Assembly (NCBI GenBank): GCA_028277295.1
Contig: JANQGN010000520.1
Span: forward strand, 1-36,615
DNA from: Rhodospira sp.
GTDB lineage: Bacteria; Pseudomonadota; Alphaproteobacteria; Rhodospirillales; Rhodospirillaceae
Length of the DNA stretch: 36,615 nt
Direction: 5' to 3'
A program made the position numbers and the translations under genes. Shown here piece after piece: positions 8,868 through 20,615 of this stretch. Under the pieces are notes generated by a model that saw only the letters and a program-made list of their open reading frames with translations, was not told the origin of the DNA and ran no database searches. How positions within the stretch are numbered: the stretch's first letter is position 1; each line of letters opens with the position of its first letter.

Positions 8868-10922
8868 ATGGATACCGGTCTGACCTGGAGCGAGCAGCTC
8901 GCAGCCGATGACGACGTTGTCATCAACCCCTCCGCCCAGCCGTCGTTCGAGACCATCCTCGCCGCGCGCCTGAGCCAGGGCACCGCCCTGACCGGCGCGA
9001 CCGCCGCCGTCGCCGGCGCCGCCGTGGTCGGCGCCAGCCTGTTCAGCGGCAAGACCTTCAGCCGCCGTAGCGCCTTGAAGGGCGCCGCCGCCAGCCTCGC
9101 CCTGGCCACCAGCGCCGGCGCCCTGGGCACCGCCCTGACCACCCGCCCGGCCCAGGCGGCCACCGCCGACGCCAGCACACTGACCTTCCCGCCGCTGCCG
9201 CACAGCTACGACGAAACCAGCCATGTGGCCGAGGGCTACGAGATCCAGACCCTTCTGCGCTGGGGTGACCCGGTGGTGGCCGGCGCGCCCGACTTCGACC
9301 CGATGAACCAGACCGCCGAGGCACAGGCCAAGCAGTTCGGCTACAACAACGACTACGTGGGCTTCATGCCGCTACCGGTGGGTTCGGATACCTCGGACCA
9401 CGGCCTGCTGTGCGTGAACCACGAATACACCAACCCGGACCTGATGTTCCCGGGCAGTCCCAGCGCCGACGCCCTGACCGCCGAGCAGATCGACATCGAG
9501 ATGGCCGCCCACGGCCATGCCGTCGTCGAGATCAAACGCGAGGGCAACACCTGGTCCGTGGTCAGGGACAGCCCCTACAACCGCCGCATGACCACCCTGG
9601 CCACCGAGTTCGCGATGGCCGGTCCGGCCGCCGGCCATGACCGCCTGAAGACCAACGCCGATCCGACCGGCACCAGGGTGATCGGCACGGTCAACAACTG
9701 CGCCGGCGGCAAGACCCCCTGGAACACCATCCTGTTCGCCGAGGAAAACTTCCACGGCTACTTCCTGGGCGACATCACCAAGACCACCGAGGTCGAGAAC
9801 TATGAGCGCTACGGCGTCGGCGGCGGCCGCTATGCCTGGGGCACCGTCCACGACCGCTTCAACGTCGAGAAGGAGCCCAACGAGCCGAACCGCTTCGGCT
9901 GGATGATCGAATACGATCCGTACGATCCGAACTCGGTGCCCAAAAAGCGCTCCACCCTGGGCCGCTTCAAGCACGAGGGCGCCACCACCACCGTCAACAA
10001 GGACGGCCATGTGGTCGTCTACGCCGGGGACGATCAGCGGTTCGAGTACATCTACCGCTTCGTCACCGCCGGCACGGTCAACCCCGATGATCGCGCCGCC
10101 AATATGGACCTGCTGGACGACGGCGTTCTATCGGTGGCCAGGTTCAACGAGGACGGCACCCTGGACTGGATGCCGCTGGTGTTCGGCGACGGCCCGCTGA
10201 CCGCCGAGAACGGCTTCAACAGCCAGGCCGATATCCTGATAGACACCCGCAAGGCGGCCGACCTGGTGGGCGCCACGCCGATGGACCGCCCCGAGGACGT
10301 GGAGCCCAACCCGGTCAACGGCATCATCTACGCGATGCTGACCAACAACACAAAGCGCAAGGAAGACCAGGTCAACGCGCCCAACACGCGGGCCAAGAAC
10401 CGACACGGCCACGTGGTCGAGATCATTCCGCCCGGCACGGCGCCGGACGGCGATGGCGCCAACGCCGACCACACCGCCGCCCAGTACACCTGGGATATCT
10501 TCCTGCAAGCGGGCAACCCGGCCAACCCGGACGACGGCGCCCAGTACGGCGGCGATGTCGGCGAGAACGGCTGGCTGTCCTGCCCGGACAACGTGGCCTT
10601 CGATACCAAGGGCCGCATCTGGATCTCCACCGACGGTGGCCCCAAGAGCGGCATCGCCGACGGTGTGTGGGCCGCGGACGTGGCCGGCCCGGGTCGCGCC
10701 ATCACCCGTCGCTTCTATGCCTGTCCGCAGGGCGCCGAGCTGTGTGGTCCGGAGTTTACCCCCGACGACAGCACCTACTTCGCGGCCGTTCAGCACCCGG
10801 CGGACGAGAAGGGCAGCACTTTTGACAATCCGTCCACCCGCTGGCCGGACTTCGATGACGCCCTGCCGCCGCGTCCGTCGATCCAGGTGATCGTCAAGAC
10901 CGGCGGCGGCGCCATCGGTTGA
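8868..10922 (+). CDS. phoX: PhoX-family alkaline phosphatase, Tat-exported
   Basis: SRRSALKG Tat motif; FGYNNDY, LCVNHEY, NNCAGG.TPW.T....EENF, LGRFKHE, ATPMDRPED, PDN, GAELCG, VQHP. Confidence 0.92.
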   Translation: MDTGLTWSEQLAADDDVVINPSAQPSFETILAARLSQGTALTGATAAVAGAAVVGASLFSGKTFSRRSALKGAAASLALATSAGALGTALTTRPAQAATADASTLTFPPLPHSYDETSHVAEGYEIQTLLRWGDPVVAGAPDFDPMNQTAEAQAKQFGYNNDYVGFMPLPVGSDTSDHGLLCVNHEYTNPDLMFPGSPSADALTAEQIDIEMAAHGHAVVEIKREGNTWSVVRDSPYNRRMTTLATEFAMAGPAAGHDRLKTNADPTGTRVIGTVNNCAGGKTPWNTILFAEENFHGYFLGDITKTTEVENYERYGVGGGRYAWGTVHDRFNVEKEPNEPNRFGWMIEYDPYDPNSVPKKRSTLGRFKHEGATTTVNKDGHVVVYAGDDQRFEYIYRFVTAGTVNPDDRAANMDLLDDGVLSVARFNEDGTLDWMPLVFGDGPLTAENGFNSQADILIDTRKAADLVGATPMDRPEDVEPNPVNGIIYAMLTNNTKRKEDQVNAPNTRAKNRHGHVVEIIPPGTAPDGDGANADHTAAQYTWDIFLQAGNPANPDDGAQYGGDVGENGWLSCPDNVAFDTKGRIWISTDGGPKSGIADGVWAADVAGPGRAITRRFYACPQGAELCGPEFTPDDSTYFAAVQHPADEKGSTFDNPSTRWPDFDDALPPRPSIQVIVKTGGGAIG

Positions 10923-10975
10923 CGCCGATCGGAGGACTCTGATCGGATCATGCTGCTGGGCAACGGGACCCTGAA

Positions 10976-11012
10976 CGAAGGGCCGGTCAGGGGCAGTCCT
11001 GGCCGGCCTTTC
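10976..11012 (+). terminator. Stem-loop downstream of phoX (probable intrinsic terminator)
   Basis: CGAAGGGCCGGTCAGG-gcagt-CCTGGCCGGCCTTTCG, 16-bp stem including G-U pairs, followed by GGTTTGT. Confidence 0.55.
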
Positions 11013-11188
11013 GGGTTTGTCGCGGCACGCCCGTTTTTGGGGCGGGAGGATCGTCCGCGGACCGTGACCGTTCCATGACACCTTAAACGGGCTTGCGCCC
11101 AATCAACGCAGTCCACGGTCGATCCGCGGCACCCTGGCCTCAGCGTTTGTCATCGGTTCATGACCGTCGATCACGGAGCGTTTCCCCC

Positions 11189-11536
11189 ATGACTCAACCA
11201 GCCCCACCCAAGGCCAGCCCGAGGGCCACCCGTCGCGCCTTTCTGGGGCGCTGGCCGCTCACCCTGCTGGGCGTCGTCGCGGCGATCCTGCCGGGGACAC
11301 GGCCGGCGTCCGCCAGGCGCCGCGACGACGACTACGATCCTCAGCGGCAGATCTGGCTCTGCACCTACAACGAGTGCGACCCCTACTACTACGTACCCGC
11401 CAAGGGCGACCCGGAGAACATCATGGGAACCCATCCGATCCCGCCCGGCACCACGTTCGAGGACCTGCCGGACGACTGGCGCTGCCCCGTCTGCGGCGCC
11501 GGCAAAATCTGGTTCGTGAAGGACCGGATGGCCTGA
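11189..11536 (+). CDS. Rubredoxin-domain protein with Tat-like signal peptide
   Basis: TRRAFLG, hydrophobic stretch, ASA; then W.CTYNEC..YYY.P..GDP...[18 protein letters not shown]. Confidence 0.85.
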   Translation: MTQPAPPKASPRATRRAFLGRWPLTLLGVVAAILPGTRPASARRRDDDYDPQRQIWLCTYNECDPYYYVPAKGDPENIMGTHPIPPGTTFEDLPDDWRCPVCGAGKIWFVKDRMA

Positions 11537-11582
11537 CCGGCCAGGGGAACAATGGGGCGGCCGATCGCCCGGTCCCGCGCCG

Positions 11583-14500
11583 TCAGAGCCGCTCGATCAC
11601 CGCCGTCACCTGGTCCACCATCCCGGCCAGGTCACCGTAGCGCGCCTCGATCCGATCCCGATCGCCAGCCTTGCCGGCCTTTTCCAGGTCCTGACACAGA
11701 TCGGCGAGGGCATTGGCGCCGACCGCCCGGGATGACGACTTCAGTTTGTGGGCGGCGGCGCCAACGGCCGCGGCGTCCCCGGCTGCATGGGCGGCGTCGA
11801 TCTCGCTCTGAATGCCGCGCGCCGGATCCACGAAGTCCTTCAGGATGTCGCGGATCATGTCCCTGTCGTCCCCGAAGGTCTCGCGCAGGTAGGATGGATC
11901 CACGACTCCCCCATTGACCAGCGCGAGGAACAGGTCGGTGTCAGGCGCTGGCGATGCCGGCTCGGTTCTTTTCGCCGAGGGCTCCGGCGCGCCGCCCTCG
12001 GACGGCGCCGGGGGCGTCCACTTCGCGAGGGTCCGCTTCAGCCGGGCCATCTCCAACGGCTTGGCGAGATAGTCATCCATGCCCGCCGCCAGGCAGCGGT
12101 CGGCCTCACCTTGCAAGGCGTTGGCGGTGATGGCGATGATGGGCGTGTGGTCGGTGCCGTCAAGCGTCGCCTCCGCCGCCCGGATGGCGCCGGTCATCTC
12201 GTAGCCGTCCATGTCCGGCATGTGGCAGTCGGTCAGCACCACCCCGAAGCGCCCGCTCTGCCATGCCTCCAACCCCAGGCGGCCATTGTCGACCACCTCG
12301 CAGGCATAGCCCAGCGCCCGCAACTGCCGGCGAATGACGTCCTGGTTGGTGGGATTGTCCTCGGCCACCAGGATCAGGCGCCCCTGGACGGCGGCTTCCT
12401 CGGCGGTTGGCGCCTGCGCCACCCCGTCGGTCAGACGCTCGGCGGTTTCGTCGAGATCCGGGCTGACGCGGCCGCAGGCCATGCCGATCCCGCGCAGGAA
12501 CGACGAGCGCTTCATGGGGTTGGCGCCCACCACGACCATATCGGGCATCATCAGCCCCTTACGGATCTGCCGGTCGTCGGTGACGATGACAAAACGCGCT
12601 GGCGGATCAAGATCGGCGGACTCCGCGCGCATGACGTCGATCACCGGGTCCACGTGGTCGGGGGAATACTCGGGACCAAACACGATGACCTGGGCCGGCG
12701 CGCCATCGCGCACGCCCCGCCGGAAGGTCATGGCCACGGTGTACAGGTCGGCTTGGTCCTCGCATACCCCGCCGCGCCCGGCGACGTAGACGGGAAGCGA
12801 GGCAAACAGGATCGGATCGCGCCCGACCAGCAGGACTCGCACACCCGTCAAGTCGGGCTCGTCGACGGGACCTTGGTGGTCCTGGGCCAGCGGCAACGGC
12901 AGGGCGACGGTGAAGGTGGAGCCCTCTCCCTCCACGCTCTTCACGGTGATCGTCCCCTTCATCAGGGCCGTCAGGCTCCGGCAAATGGTCAGCCCCAGGC
13001 CGGTGCCACCGAACCGCCGGGTGGTCGAGCTTTCGGCCTGGGTGAACGGCTGGAACAGCTTCGCCTGAGCCGCCGGCGACATACCAATTCCGGTGTCGAT
13101 GACCTCGAAACGCACGCGCGCCACGCCCTCGCCGAGCGCCCCGTCCAACGCGGCCCGCACCTGGACCAATCCCGGCCGACCGTCGCCCGGTTCGGTGAAC
13201 TTGATGGCGTTTCCGATGAGGTTGAACAGAATCTGACGCAATCGCACCTGGTCACTCAGCACCCAGTCGGGGATCGCCGGATCGATGAAGATGACCAGCC
13301 GCACCCCCTTGGCGTCGGCGTTGCGCACCAGGGTCTCCGAGACCCCCTCGATCACGTCGCGCACCGAGACCGGCACCGACTCCAGACCCATCTTGCCGGC
13401 CTCGATCTTCGAGAAGTCGAGGATATCATTGATGATTTGCAGCAGGGCGAAGGCACTGTCGCGCACCGTGCGCAACATCTGCCGCTGCTCGCCGTCCATG
13501 TCTGTCTCACCGAGCAGGTCGATCATGCCGACGACGCCGTTCATGGGCGTGCGGATTTCATGGCTCATGGCGGCCAGGAAGGCGGACTTCGCGCGGGTGG
13601 CGCTTTCGGCCTTCTCCTTGGCCGTCATCAGTTCCACCTCCAGGCGCTTGCGCTCGGTGATATCGGTGGCGATGCCGCACACACCGTCGACGGTTCCATC
13701 AGGGTCGAACAACGGCACCTTCATGGTCAGGAAGATGCGATTGCCCAACTCGCCCTCGACCACCTCCTCGAAGGCCAGCGGCTTTCGCGCCTCGACGATC
13801 TTCTGGTCATTGCCCCGCAGCGTGGCGGCGGCCGCCTCGGGAAAGATGCTGTAGTCATCCTTGCCGATGACCTCGGCGCGAGTCAGTCCGGTCATGTCTT
13901 CCCACTGCCGATTGACGAGGGTGTAGCGCCCCTGCCGGTCCTTGGAGAAGATCATCGCCGTGCTGTTGTCGATAACACTTTCCAGCAGTTGCTGGCTGTC
14001 GCGCAGGGCCTCTTCCGCCGCCCGCCGCTCCGTGACATCGGAGAAGGTGATCACCGCCCCGATCACCGCCCCGTCCTTCCGGATCGGGTTGGCCGCGTAT
14101 TCAACCGGGAATGAGGATCCGTCGGCGCGCCACAGCACCTCGCCGGTCACGCGCCGCATCTCGCCGTTGGCGAACGCCTTGCGCATGGGACAGTCATGGC
14201 CGGCGTAGGGCGTGCCATCTGGAAGGCTGTGGTGAATCAACTCGTGGACGTAGCGCCCAATCAGATCCTCGGCCGCGTACCCCAACATGCGGCACGCGGC
14301 GGGGTTGAAGAATGTCGCGATACCATCCTTGTCCAGCCCGAACACCCCTTCGCCGGCGGAGTCGAGAATCAGTCGGGTGCGTTCCTCGGCCTCGCGGATC
14401 GCCTGTTCGGCCAACCGACGGTCGGTGATGTCCATGACGGTGCCGACCATGCGGGTGGGATGCCCCTGGTTGTCGCACTCCACCGCCGCACCCTTCGACG

Positions 14501-16775
14501 CCATCCAGCGTTCCTGTCCCCCCTGGGTGAGGACGCGGTATTCGACCTCATAGCTATCGCGCTGGCCCAGTCGATAAGCCTCGCCCACCGACAGGACCAC
14601 GGCCCGATCGTCGGGATGCATGGTCTCCAGCCAGAGCGCCCGGACGTCCGTGAGGTCTGACCGGCGGTGACCCAGCATGTCCAGGTACCGGTCGTTGACA
14701 ATGGTCTCTCCACTGGTGAGGTCGACATCCCAGGATCCCAGATCGCCGCCGCGCAGGGCCATGTCCAGGCGTTCGCCACTGCGAATCAGGTCTTCTTCCT
14801 TGCGCTTCAGCTCCGTGATGTCGTTCAGGGCGACGATGGTCATGCCGCTCCTGGTCAGGCGCGTCCGCACCTCCAGCACACGGCCGTTCGGCGGCCGGAG
14901 GTCCCCGACCGTTTCCGACTTGCTCCGCAGCGATTGTATCCGTTCCCGGACCTGAGCCTCGACCGAGGAAACCGGACCATAATCACCGCGCGCCGCCAGG
15001 AAGCGAAGGACTGGCTCCACCGACGTCCCGGGAATGGTGAGCTGGCCGGGAAGCTCCAGCATATGTTGGTACACATCGTTGGACATGACGAAGCGCAGGT
15101 CGCCATCGAGGACGTAAAGGCCATTGGACATGTTCTCCAAGGCGAGGGTCAGGCGATCGGACGCCTCCGCCAATTCGCGGGTCCGCTCCTTGACCCGCGC
15201 CTCCAGGTCGTCGCGGGCGCGCAGCAGGGCTCGGCTGGTGCGCTCGCCGAGAATCAGCGTGGCCACGGTGGCGCCGATCAGCAGGGTCAGGGTCAGCAGC
15301 AGGATCCCGCCCATGGTGTTGCGCAAGGTGACGACCGGCTCCAGCGCCTCGGCAACATCGATCTCGGTGGCGATCCCCAGGCCCAGCGAGCCGTCCATGA
15401 TCCAGGCACCCATCACGGGTTGCCCGCGATAGTCCGGGTAGCCCTGAAGGTCCAGGCCAGAGCGACCCTCCAGCGCGCTCCGGGCCATGCGGGTCAACTG
15501 GCCCACCTCAGGGGAGGGGTGGGAATGCCGATCATCACGCGAGGTCGCGGGGACCCTGAGTTCCACGGAGAGGATGCCGCTCTGGCCCGGCTGGAGCAGA
15601 CCGAGCGCCTCCAGGTCCCGCTGGAAGCGCGTGCGAGACACCATGACGCCGCTTGGATCGAACGCATAGGTCTCGCCGCTGCGGCCCATGCGTCCGGTTT
15701 CCAGAATGCGCGAGAAGGTCCCGTGCGGAGGCTCGCGCCGAGTGACCACCGCCAGCACCGTCCCGTACGCGTCCACGACCGGCGCGGCGAAGAACATGAC
15801 GGCCGGCGGGTCCGCGGCTTCCGCACCGTCGAGCCCGACGTCAAAGGCTGGCCGATCCGGGCGGATCGGCGCGATGGTCACGGGTTCCCCGGCCAGAAGG
15901 CGGGCGAAGACCTCCGGGCGGCGCTCGATGATCAGATCCTCGATGCCCAGATCCACGTCATCGGTGGCGCCGATGGCAATGCCATCCAGGGCCAGGACGG
16001 CGAAGCCCGCCCGTCCCAGCCCCCATCCCTTGTCGTGGAAGAACCGGCGCAAGTCAGCCAGCGCCGGAGACGCCTCGGCCGTCAGGCGGTCTCGCGGCAG
16101 GTCCAGCAGGCGCCGGGTGAGATCCACAAGGTGCGGGTCACGGCCCAACTGGGCCACCTGCCGTTCCTGATCGGCGGTCCACATCCGCAGGCGCTCGACG
16201 GTGCTGGTCAGGACCGTTTGCAGGGAGTGGCCCACAACGTCCAGGATGCGGGCGCGATTGTGCTGATAGGCGACCCAGGCCCCCGCCAACACCATGAGGA
16301 CCAAGGCGCCCAACGCGCCGACGATGATCCAGCGCAGGCGCCGCGAGCCCATCTGTAACGCCAGGACCTCGTTGCGCCCGGAGCGCAGCAGCAGCCAGAC
16401 CAGCGCCCCCAGGACGATGACAACCGCGAGCATGACGCCCGCCAGCAACTGGAGATCAACGGTCGACTCTTGAATCGTCACTTCGGCCAGGGCCGCGCTG
16501 TCGGCCAGGGCCGCGCTGTCGGCCAGGGCCACGCCGCCATGGTCGTGGGACGGGGATGATCCAGCGACATGGCTTGCGAGATCGCCATCATGGGCCGCGG
16601 CTCGGCATGGCAAACCGGCCCCCACGGCGACAGTCGCACAGCCCATGAGGATGGCCAGGGCCAATCCCCATCTCCGCCCTCGGCGCTGCGACCGGGCCTC
16701 GCCCGCGTGAGAGGGGTCATCACCGCGCTGGCCTGCCCCAGAGCGCGCCACGCGGGCGGACGACACCGTCGTCAC
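11583..16775 (-). CDS. Multi-PAS hybrid sensor histidine kinase (TMs, Cache-like sensor, about 4 PAS, HisKA, HATPase, degenerate REC, REC, Hpt)
   Basis: [52 protein letters not shown] / TDCHMP.MDG / KP, Hpt [11 protein letters not shown] 16775 follows GGAGGAGG. Confidence 0.92.
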   Translation of the reverse strand: MTTVSSARVARSGAGQRGDDPSHAGEARSQRRGRRWGLALAILMGCATVAVGAGLPCRAAAHDGDLASHVAGSSPSHDHGGVALADSAALADSAALAEVTIQESTVDLQLLAGVMLAVVIVLGALVWLLLRSGRNEVLALQMGSRRLRWIIVGALGALVLMVLAGAWVAYQHNRARILDVVGHSLQTVLTSTVERLRMWTADQERQVAQLGRDPHLVDLTRRLLDLPRDRLTAEASPALADLRRFFHDKGWGLGRAGFAVLALDGIAIGATDDVDLGIEDLIIERRPEVFARLLAGEPVTIAPIRPDRPAFDVGLDGAEAADPPAVMFFAAPVVDAYGTVLAVVTRREPPHGTFSRILETGRMGRSGETYAFDPSGVMVSRTRFQRDLEALGLLQPGQSGILSVELRVPATSRDDRHSHPSPEVGQLTRMARSALEGRSGLDLQGYPDYRGQPVMGAWIMDGSLGLGIATEIDVAEALEPVVTLRNTMGGILLLTLTLLIGATVATLILGERTSRALLRARDDLEARVKERTRELAEASDRLTLALENMSNGLYVLDGDLRFVMSNDVYQHMLELPGQLTIPGTSVEPVLRFLAARGDYGPVSSVEAQVRERIQSLRSKSETVGDLRPPNGRVLEVRTRLTRSGMTIVALNDITELKRKEEDLIRSGERLDMALRGGDLGSWDVDLTSGETIVNDRYLDMLGHRRSDLTDVRALWLETMHPDDRAVVLSVGEAYRLGQRDSYEVEYRVLTQGGQERWMASKGAAVECDNQGHPTRMVGTVMDITDRRLAEQAIREAEERTRLILDSAGEGVFGLDKDGIATFFNPAACRMLGYAAEDLIGRYVHELIHHSLPDGTPYAGHDCPMRKAFANGEMRRVTGEVLWRADGSSFPVEYAANPIRKDGAVIGAVITFSDVTERRAAEEALRDSQQLLESVIDNSTAMIFSKDRQGRYTLVNRQWEDMTGLTRAEVIGKDDYSIFPEAAAATLRGNDQKIVEARKPLAFEEVVEGELGNRIFLTMKVPLFDPDGTVDGVCGIATDITERKRLEVELMTAKEKAESATRAKSAFLAAMSHEIRTPMNGVVGMIDLLGETDMDGEQRQMLRTVRDSAFALLQIINDILDFSKIEAGKMGLESVPVSVRDVIEGVSETLVRNADAKGVRLVIFIDPAIPDWVLSDQVRLRQILFNLIGNAIKFTEPGDGRPGLVQVRAALDGALGEGVARVRFEVIDTGIGMSPAAQAKLFQPFTQAESSTTRRFGGTGLGLTICRSLTALMKGTITVKSVEGEGSTFTVALPLPLAQDHQGPVDEPDLTGVRVLLVGRDPILFASLPVYVAGRGGVCEDQADLYTVAMTFRRGVRDGAPAQVIVFGPEYSPDHVDPVIDVMRAESADLDPPARFVIVTDDRQIRKGLMMPDMVVVGANPMKRSSFLRGIGMACGRVSPDLDETAERLTDGVAQAPTAEEAAVQGRLILVAEDNPTNQDVIRRQLRALGYACEVVDNGRLGLEAWQSGRFGVVLTDCHMPDMDGYEMTGAIRAAEATLDGTDHTPIIAITANALQGEADRCLAAGMDDYLAKPLEMARLKRTLAKWTPPAPSEGGAPEPSAKRTEPASPAPDTDLFLALVNGGVVDPSYLRETFGDDRDMIRDILKDFVDPARGIQSEIDAAHAAGDAAAVGAAAHKLKSSSRAVGANALADLCQDLEKAGKAGDRDRIEARYGDLAGMVDQVTAVIERL
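16483..16530. repeat. 18-bp in-frame tandem repeat (about 2.7 copies) inside the kinase N-terminus
   Basis: TCGGCCAGGGCCGCGCTG at 16483 and 16501, partial at 16519; encodes [16 protein letters not shown]. Confidence 0.9.
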
Positions 16776-16957
16776 CGTCCATCCTCCTCCACGCCAGCAC
16801 CGCTCGCGGGGTGTGATCGCCCAGCCCACAATCAGAAGCTGGGGACGCCGCCGAGCCGCGCCCCAGGCGGTCAGGATCTCCCTCGGATGTACGGTATGTC
16901 TGTGGACGAAGCGTAACAAGCGCGAACTTCGGGCCCGGAGATCTCGCCAACGGTTCC

Positions 16958-17062
16958 CTAGGGCAAATCCCGACCGATCCGAACCGGATCGCGACGACGA
17001 CTTGCTGTCATATCAAGATCGCGGCCCGCGTCTCCGCCGTCACCGACAGGCAACGCCCTTGG
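16958..17062 (+). repeat. CTAG-bounded palindromic mosaic element, copy 2 (second half degenerate)
   Basis: CTAGGGCAAATCCCGACCGATCCGAACCGGATCGCGACGACGACTTGCTGTCATATCAA...AACGCCCTTGG. Confidence 0.75.
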
Positions 17063-17092
17063 CCATGGCCACGCGAGTCGCGATCGCGGCGC

Positions 17093-17344
17093 CTACCCCT
17101 CGCTTTCGTCGAGATCGTTCATGATTTTGTCAACCAGGGCATCACGCTGATCCGCGGATAACGGCGGCTCTGGGGCGTTCAGAACGCGATCCAGGTCCAA
17201 AGCCTTCGCGAGGAGGTCTTGCGCTTCCGTGGAGGACGCAAGCAACTCCATCGCCGAGGCACGTTGGTCCGGCGGCCATTTGGCGATATCAGCGCCGAAC
17301 GTTTCGATCAGCACCCGAAATTGTTTGGGAGACATTTGTGGCAC
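17093..17344 (-). CDS. Small putative anti-sigma factor domain protein, no TM helix
   Basis: M....F..LIE.FGAD...WP...R..A..LLA.S.EA..LLA.A..LD..L pattern recognised from ECF-linked anti-sigma N-termini; lies directly after an ECF sigma gene. Confidence 0.6.
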   Translation of the reverse strand: MPQMSPKQFRVLIETFGADIAKWPPDQRASAMELLASSTEAQDLLAKALDLDRVLNAPEPPLSADQRDALVDKIMNDLDESEG

Positions 17345-17395
17345 ATCGGCTTGTTCACATTCGGTGAACCGTTGAGATCATCCACATTCGGTGGA

Positions 17396-18031
17396 TCAGC
17401 CAAGCAACGCACGCAAGTTCTGTCGCCCACGTTTCAGCAGGGACTCGACCGCATTTAACTTCAGAGACATGATAGTGGCAACCTGGGCAGCTGTCAAATC
17501 TTCATGATAGTATAGGGTTATGGCTATTCTCTGTCGCTCTGGAATCATTTGCAGGGCGGCCCGCAACCGCGCCGCCGTCTCACGCGCGTCGCACACTTCC
17601 AAGGGACCATCGGCCTGATCGGGCACTTCGGGTGCCTCGTCCAAGGGTACGGGGACGCGTTTGCGGGTTCGGTCAATACACTGATTAAGGGCAACACGAT
17701 ACAGCCAGGTTCGGAACGCACCGCCCGCGGGTCGCCATTGGGCCCGCCGGGTCCACACCTTCAAGAACACCTCCTGGGCGATGTCCTCTGCCTCGGCGTT
17801 GCCCAACATGCGCCGGGCCAGTCCCACGATCCGATCAACGTGGCGCGTGACCAGGATCCTGAAGGCTTCTCGATCACCGGCCCGGACACGCGCCATGAGC
17901 GTCTCATCCGAATCGGCATCGGACAAGTCCCCCTCGAGACAGGACTCGGCCGCATCAGCCGTCCATGGTCCCGTCTTCCCGATGGGTCGCGCGCCGGGAG
18001 GGGTTGACTCTGAACTCATGACTGAACTCAT
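17396..18031 (-). CDS. ECF RNA polymerase sigma factor
   Basis: SDETLM...GD.EAF..LV.RH; AEDIAQEVFLKVW; FRTWLYRVALN.CID; region 4 IPERQR.A..L.Y......VES.L.RGR..L. Start uncertain (18031 or 18019). Confidence 0.9.
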   Translation of the reverse strand: MSSVMSSESTPPGARPIGKTGPWTADAAESCLEGDLSDADSDETLMARVRAGDREAFRILVTRHVDRIVGLARRMLGNAEAEDIAQEVFLKVWTRRAQWRPAGGAFRTWLYRVALNQCIDRTRKRVPVPLDEAPEVPDQADGPLEVCDARETAARLRAALQMIPERQRIAITLYYHEDLTAAQVATIMSLKLNAVESLLKRGRQNLRALLG

Positions 18032-18229
18032 GGCCACGACTGCTCTCCCGCCACTAATTTTATAAAAAGCACCCAGGAAGTTCACTCGGTAATTTTTGCC
18101 GACTCTTGTGCGATGACGTCATCCCAGCGACGGATGCCTGCGAGTCATCTGCCCAAGGGTGCCGTCCAGACGCCCGGACCCAGATCGAGGCACCGGCCCT
18201 CACCCCCATCCGGCCACGGACCGCGACGG

Positions 18230-18411
18230 TCATGGACGACGCGACCAACGCGGAATGGGTCTTGATCGCCCTGTTGCCGCCGGCGCCTCGCCAAGGACTG
18301 GGAGAAAACCATCCAGAGCGCGGACGCACGGCGCCTGCTCGCGCACATCCGCCGTGTCACCCGCCTCCTCACAAGGACCTGACATACCTCACGGAGTTTT
18401 GAATCGGGCTC
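18230..18411 (+). mobile_element. Internally deleted IS5-family (IS1031-like) relic 1
   Basis: Transposase N-terminal remnant DATNAEWVLIALLPP is fused to the C-terminal RRLAKDWEKTIQSA...LAHIRRVTRLL, then the right end TTTTGAATCGGGCTC and TCA. Left boundary uncertain. Confidence 0.75.
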
Positions 18412-18414
18412 TCA

Positions 18415-18514
18415 GTGTCTGTCCGGAAAGCCGTGCAAAAACACCCCATACGGCATGCGAGTTGGGCACAGGCACACACCATATTGTGGCTCCCGAGACG
18501 TTCCGGACGGGCTC
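18415..18514 (-). mobile_element. ~100-bp MITE, copy 1
   Basis: Ends GTGTCTGTCCGGAAAG...CGTTCCGGACGGGCTC; flanked by TCA and TAA; reverse complement of the units at 28964-29164. Confidence 0.8.
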
Positions 18515-19356
18515 TAAGCCCGCAACGCCGCCGCGTGGTGGGCGATGTGATCGCCGATGAAGGTGGCGATGAAGAAGTAGCTGTGATCGTAGCCCGGTTG
18601 CATGCGCAGCGTCACGTGCACGCCGGCCGCCTGGGCGGCGTCCAGGAACACGTCGGGCGTCAACTGGGTGCCGAGAAACGTGTCGGCATCGCCCTGGTCG
18701 ACGAGGATGGGTCCGCGCCAGGCCGTGTCGGCCACCAGGGCGGTGGCGTCGTAGGCGGTCCACGCGGCGCGGTCGTGGCCCAGGTAGCCAGTGAACGCCT
18801 TTTCTCCCCAGGGGACCCGCGTCGGGGCCACGATGGGCGCGAAGGCCGAGACGGAGCGATACCGGTCCGGGTTGCGCAGGGCCAGCACCAGGGCACCGTG
18901 CCCGCCCATGGAATGCCCAAAGATGCCCTGGCGGGCCGGATCCATGGGGAAGTGCGCGGCGACCAGCGCCGGCAACTCGTCCCGAACGTAGCTGTACATG
19001 CGGTAGTGAGCCGACCAGGGCGCCTCGGTGGCATCGACGTAGAAGCCGGCGCCGCTGCCGAAATCGTACGCGTCGTGCTCCCCGGGCAGGTCCAGGCCGC
19101 GCGGGCTGGTGTCCGGCGCCACCAGCATCAGGCCATGTTCGGCGGCCGTACGCTGGGCGCCAGCCTTCACCGTGACGTTCTCCTCGGTACAGGTCAGTCC
19201 CGACAGCCACCACAGCACCGGCACCGGACCACGCTCGGCCTGGGGTGGGCGGTAGACGGCGAAGCGCATGGGCGTACCGGTTTCGGTGGAGTCGTGGCGA
19301 TAAACGCCCTGCACACCGCCGAAGCATCGGGTTTCGGAAACGGTTTCCAATGTCAT
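18514..19356 (-). CDS. fghA: S-formylglutathione hydrolase
   Basis: WLSGLTC, PDTSPRG, GAGFY.DAT..PW, GHSMGGHG, GYDHSYFFI. Confidence 0.95.
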   Translation of the reverse strand: MTLETVSETRCFGGVQGVYRHDSTETGTPMRFAVYRPPQAERGPVPVLWWLSGLTCTEENVTVKAGAQRTAAEHGLMLVAPDTSPRGLDLPGEHDAYDFGSGAGFYVDATEAPWSAHYRMYSYVRDELPALVAAHFPMDPARQGIFGHSMGGHGALVLALRNPDRYRSVSAFAPIVAPTRVPWGEKAFTGYLGHDRAAWTAYDATALVADTAWRGPILVDQGDADTFLGTQLTPDVFLDAAQAAGVHVTLRMQPGYDHSYFFIATFIGDHIAHHAAALRA

Positions 19357-19386
19357 CGGTGCTCCTGGACCCGTGTGAGCCGGCGA

Positions 19387-20550
<1,164 letters not shown>

Positions 20551-20615
20551 TCATGACCCGAACCCATCGCCGGAGGCAACGGTTCGCCCTCGAAAAGGTT
20601 GTCGCCGCCATCGCG

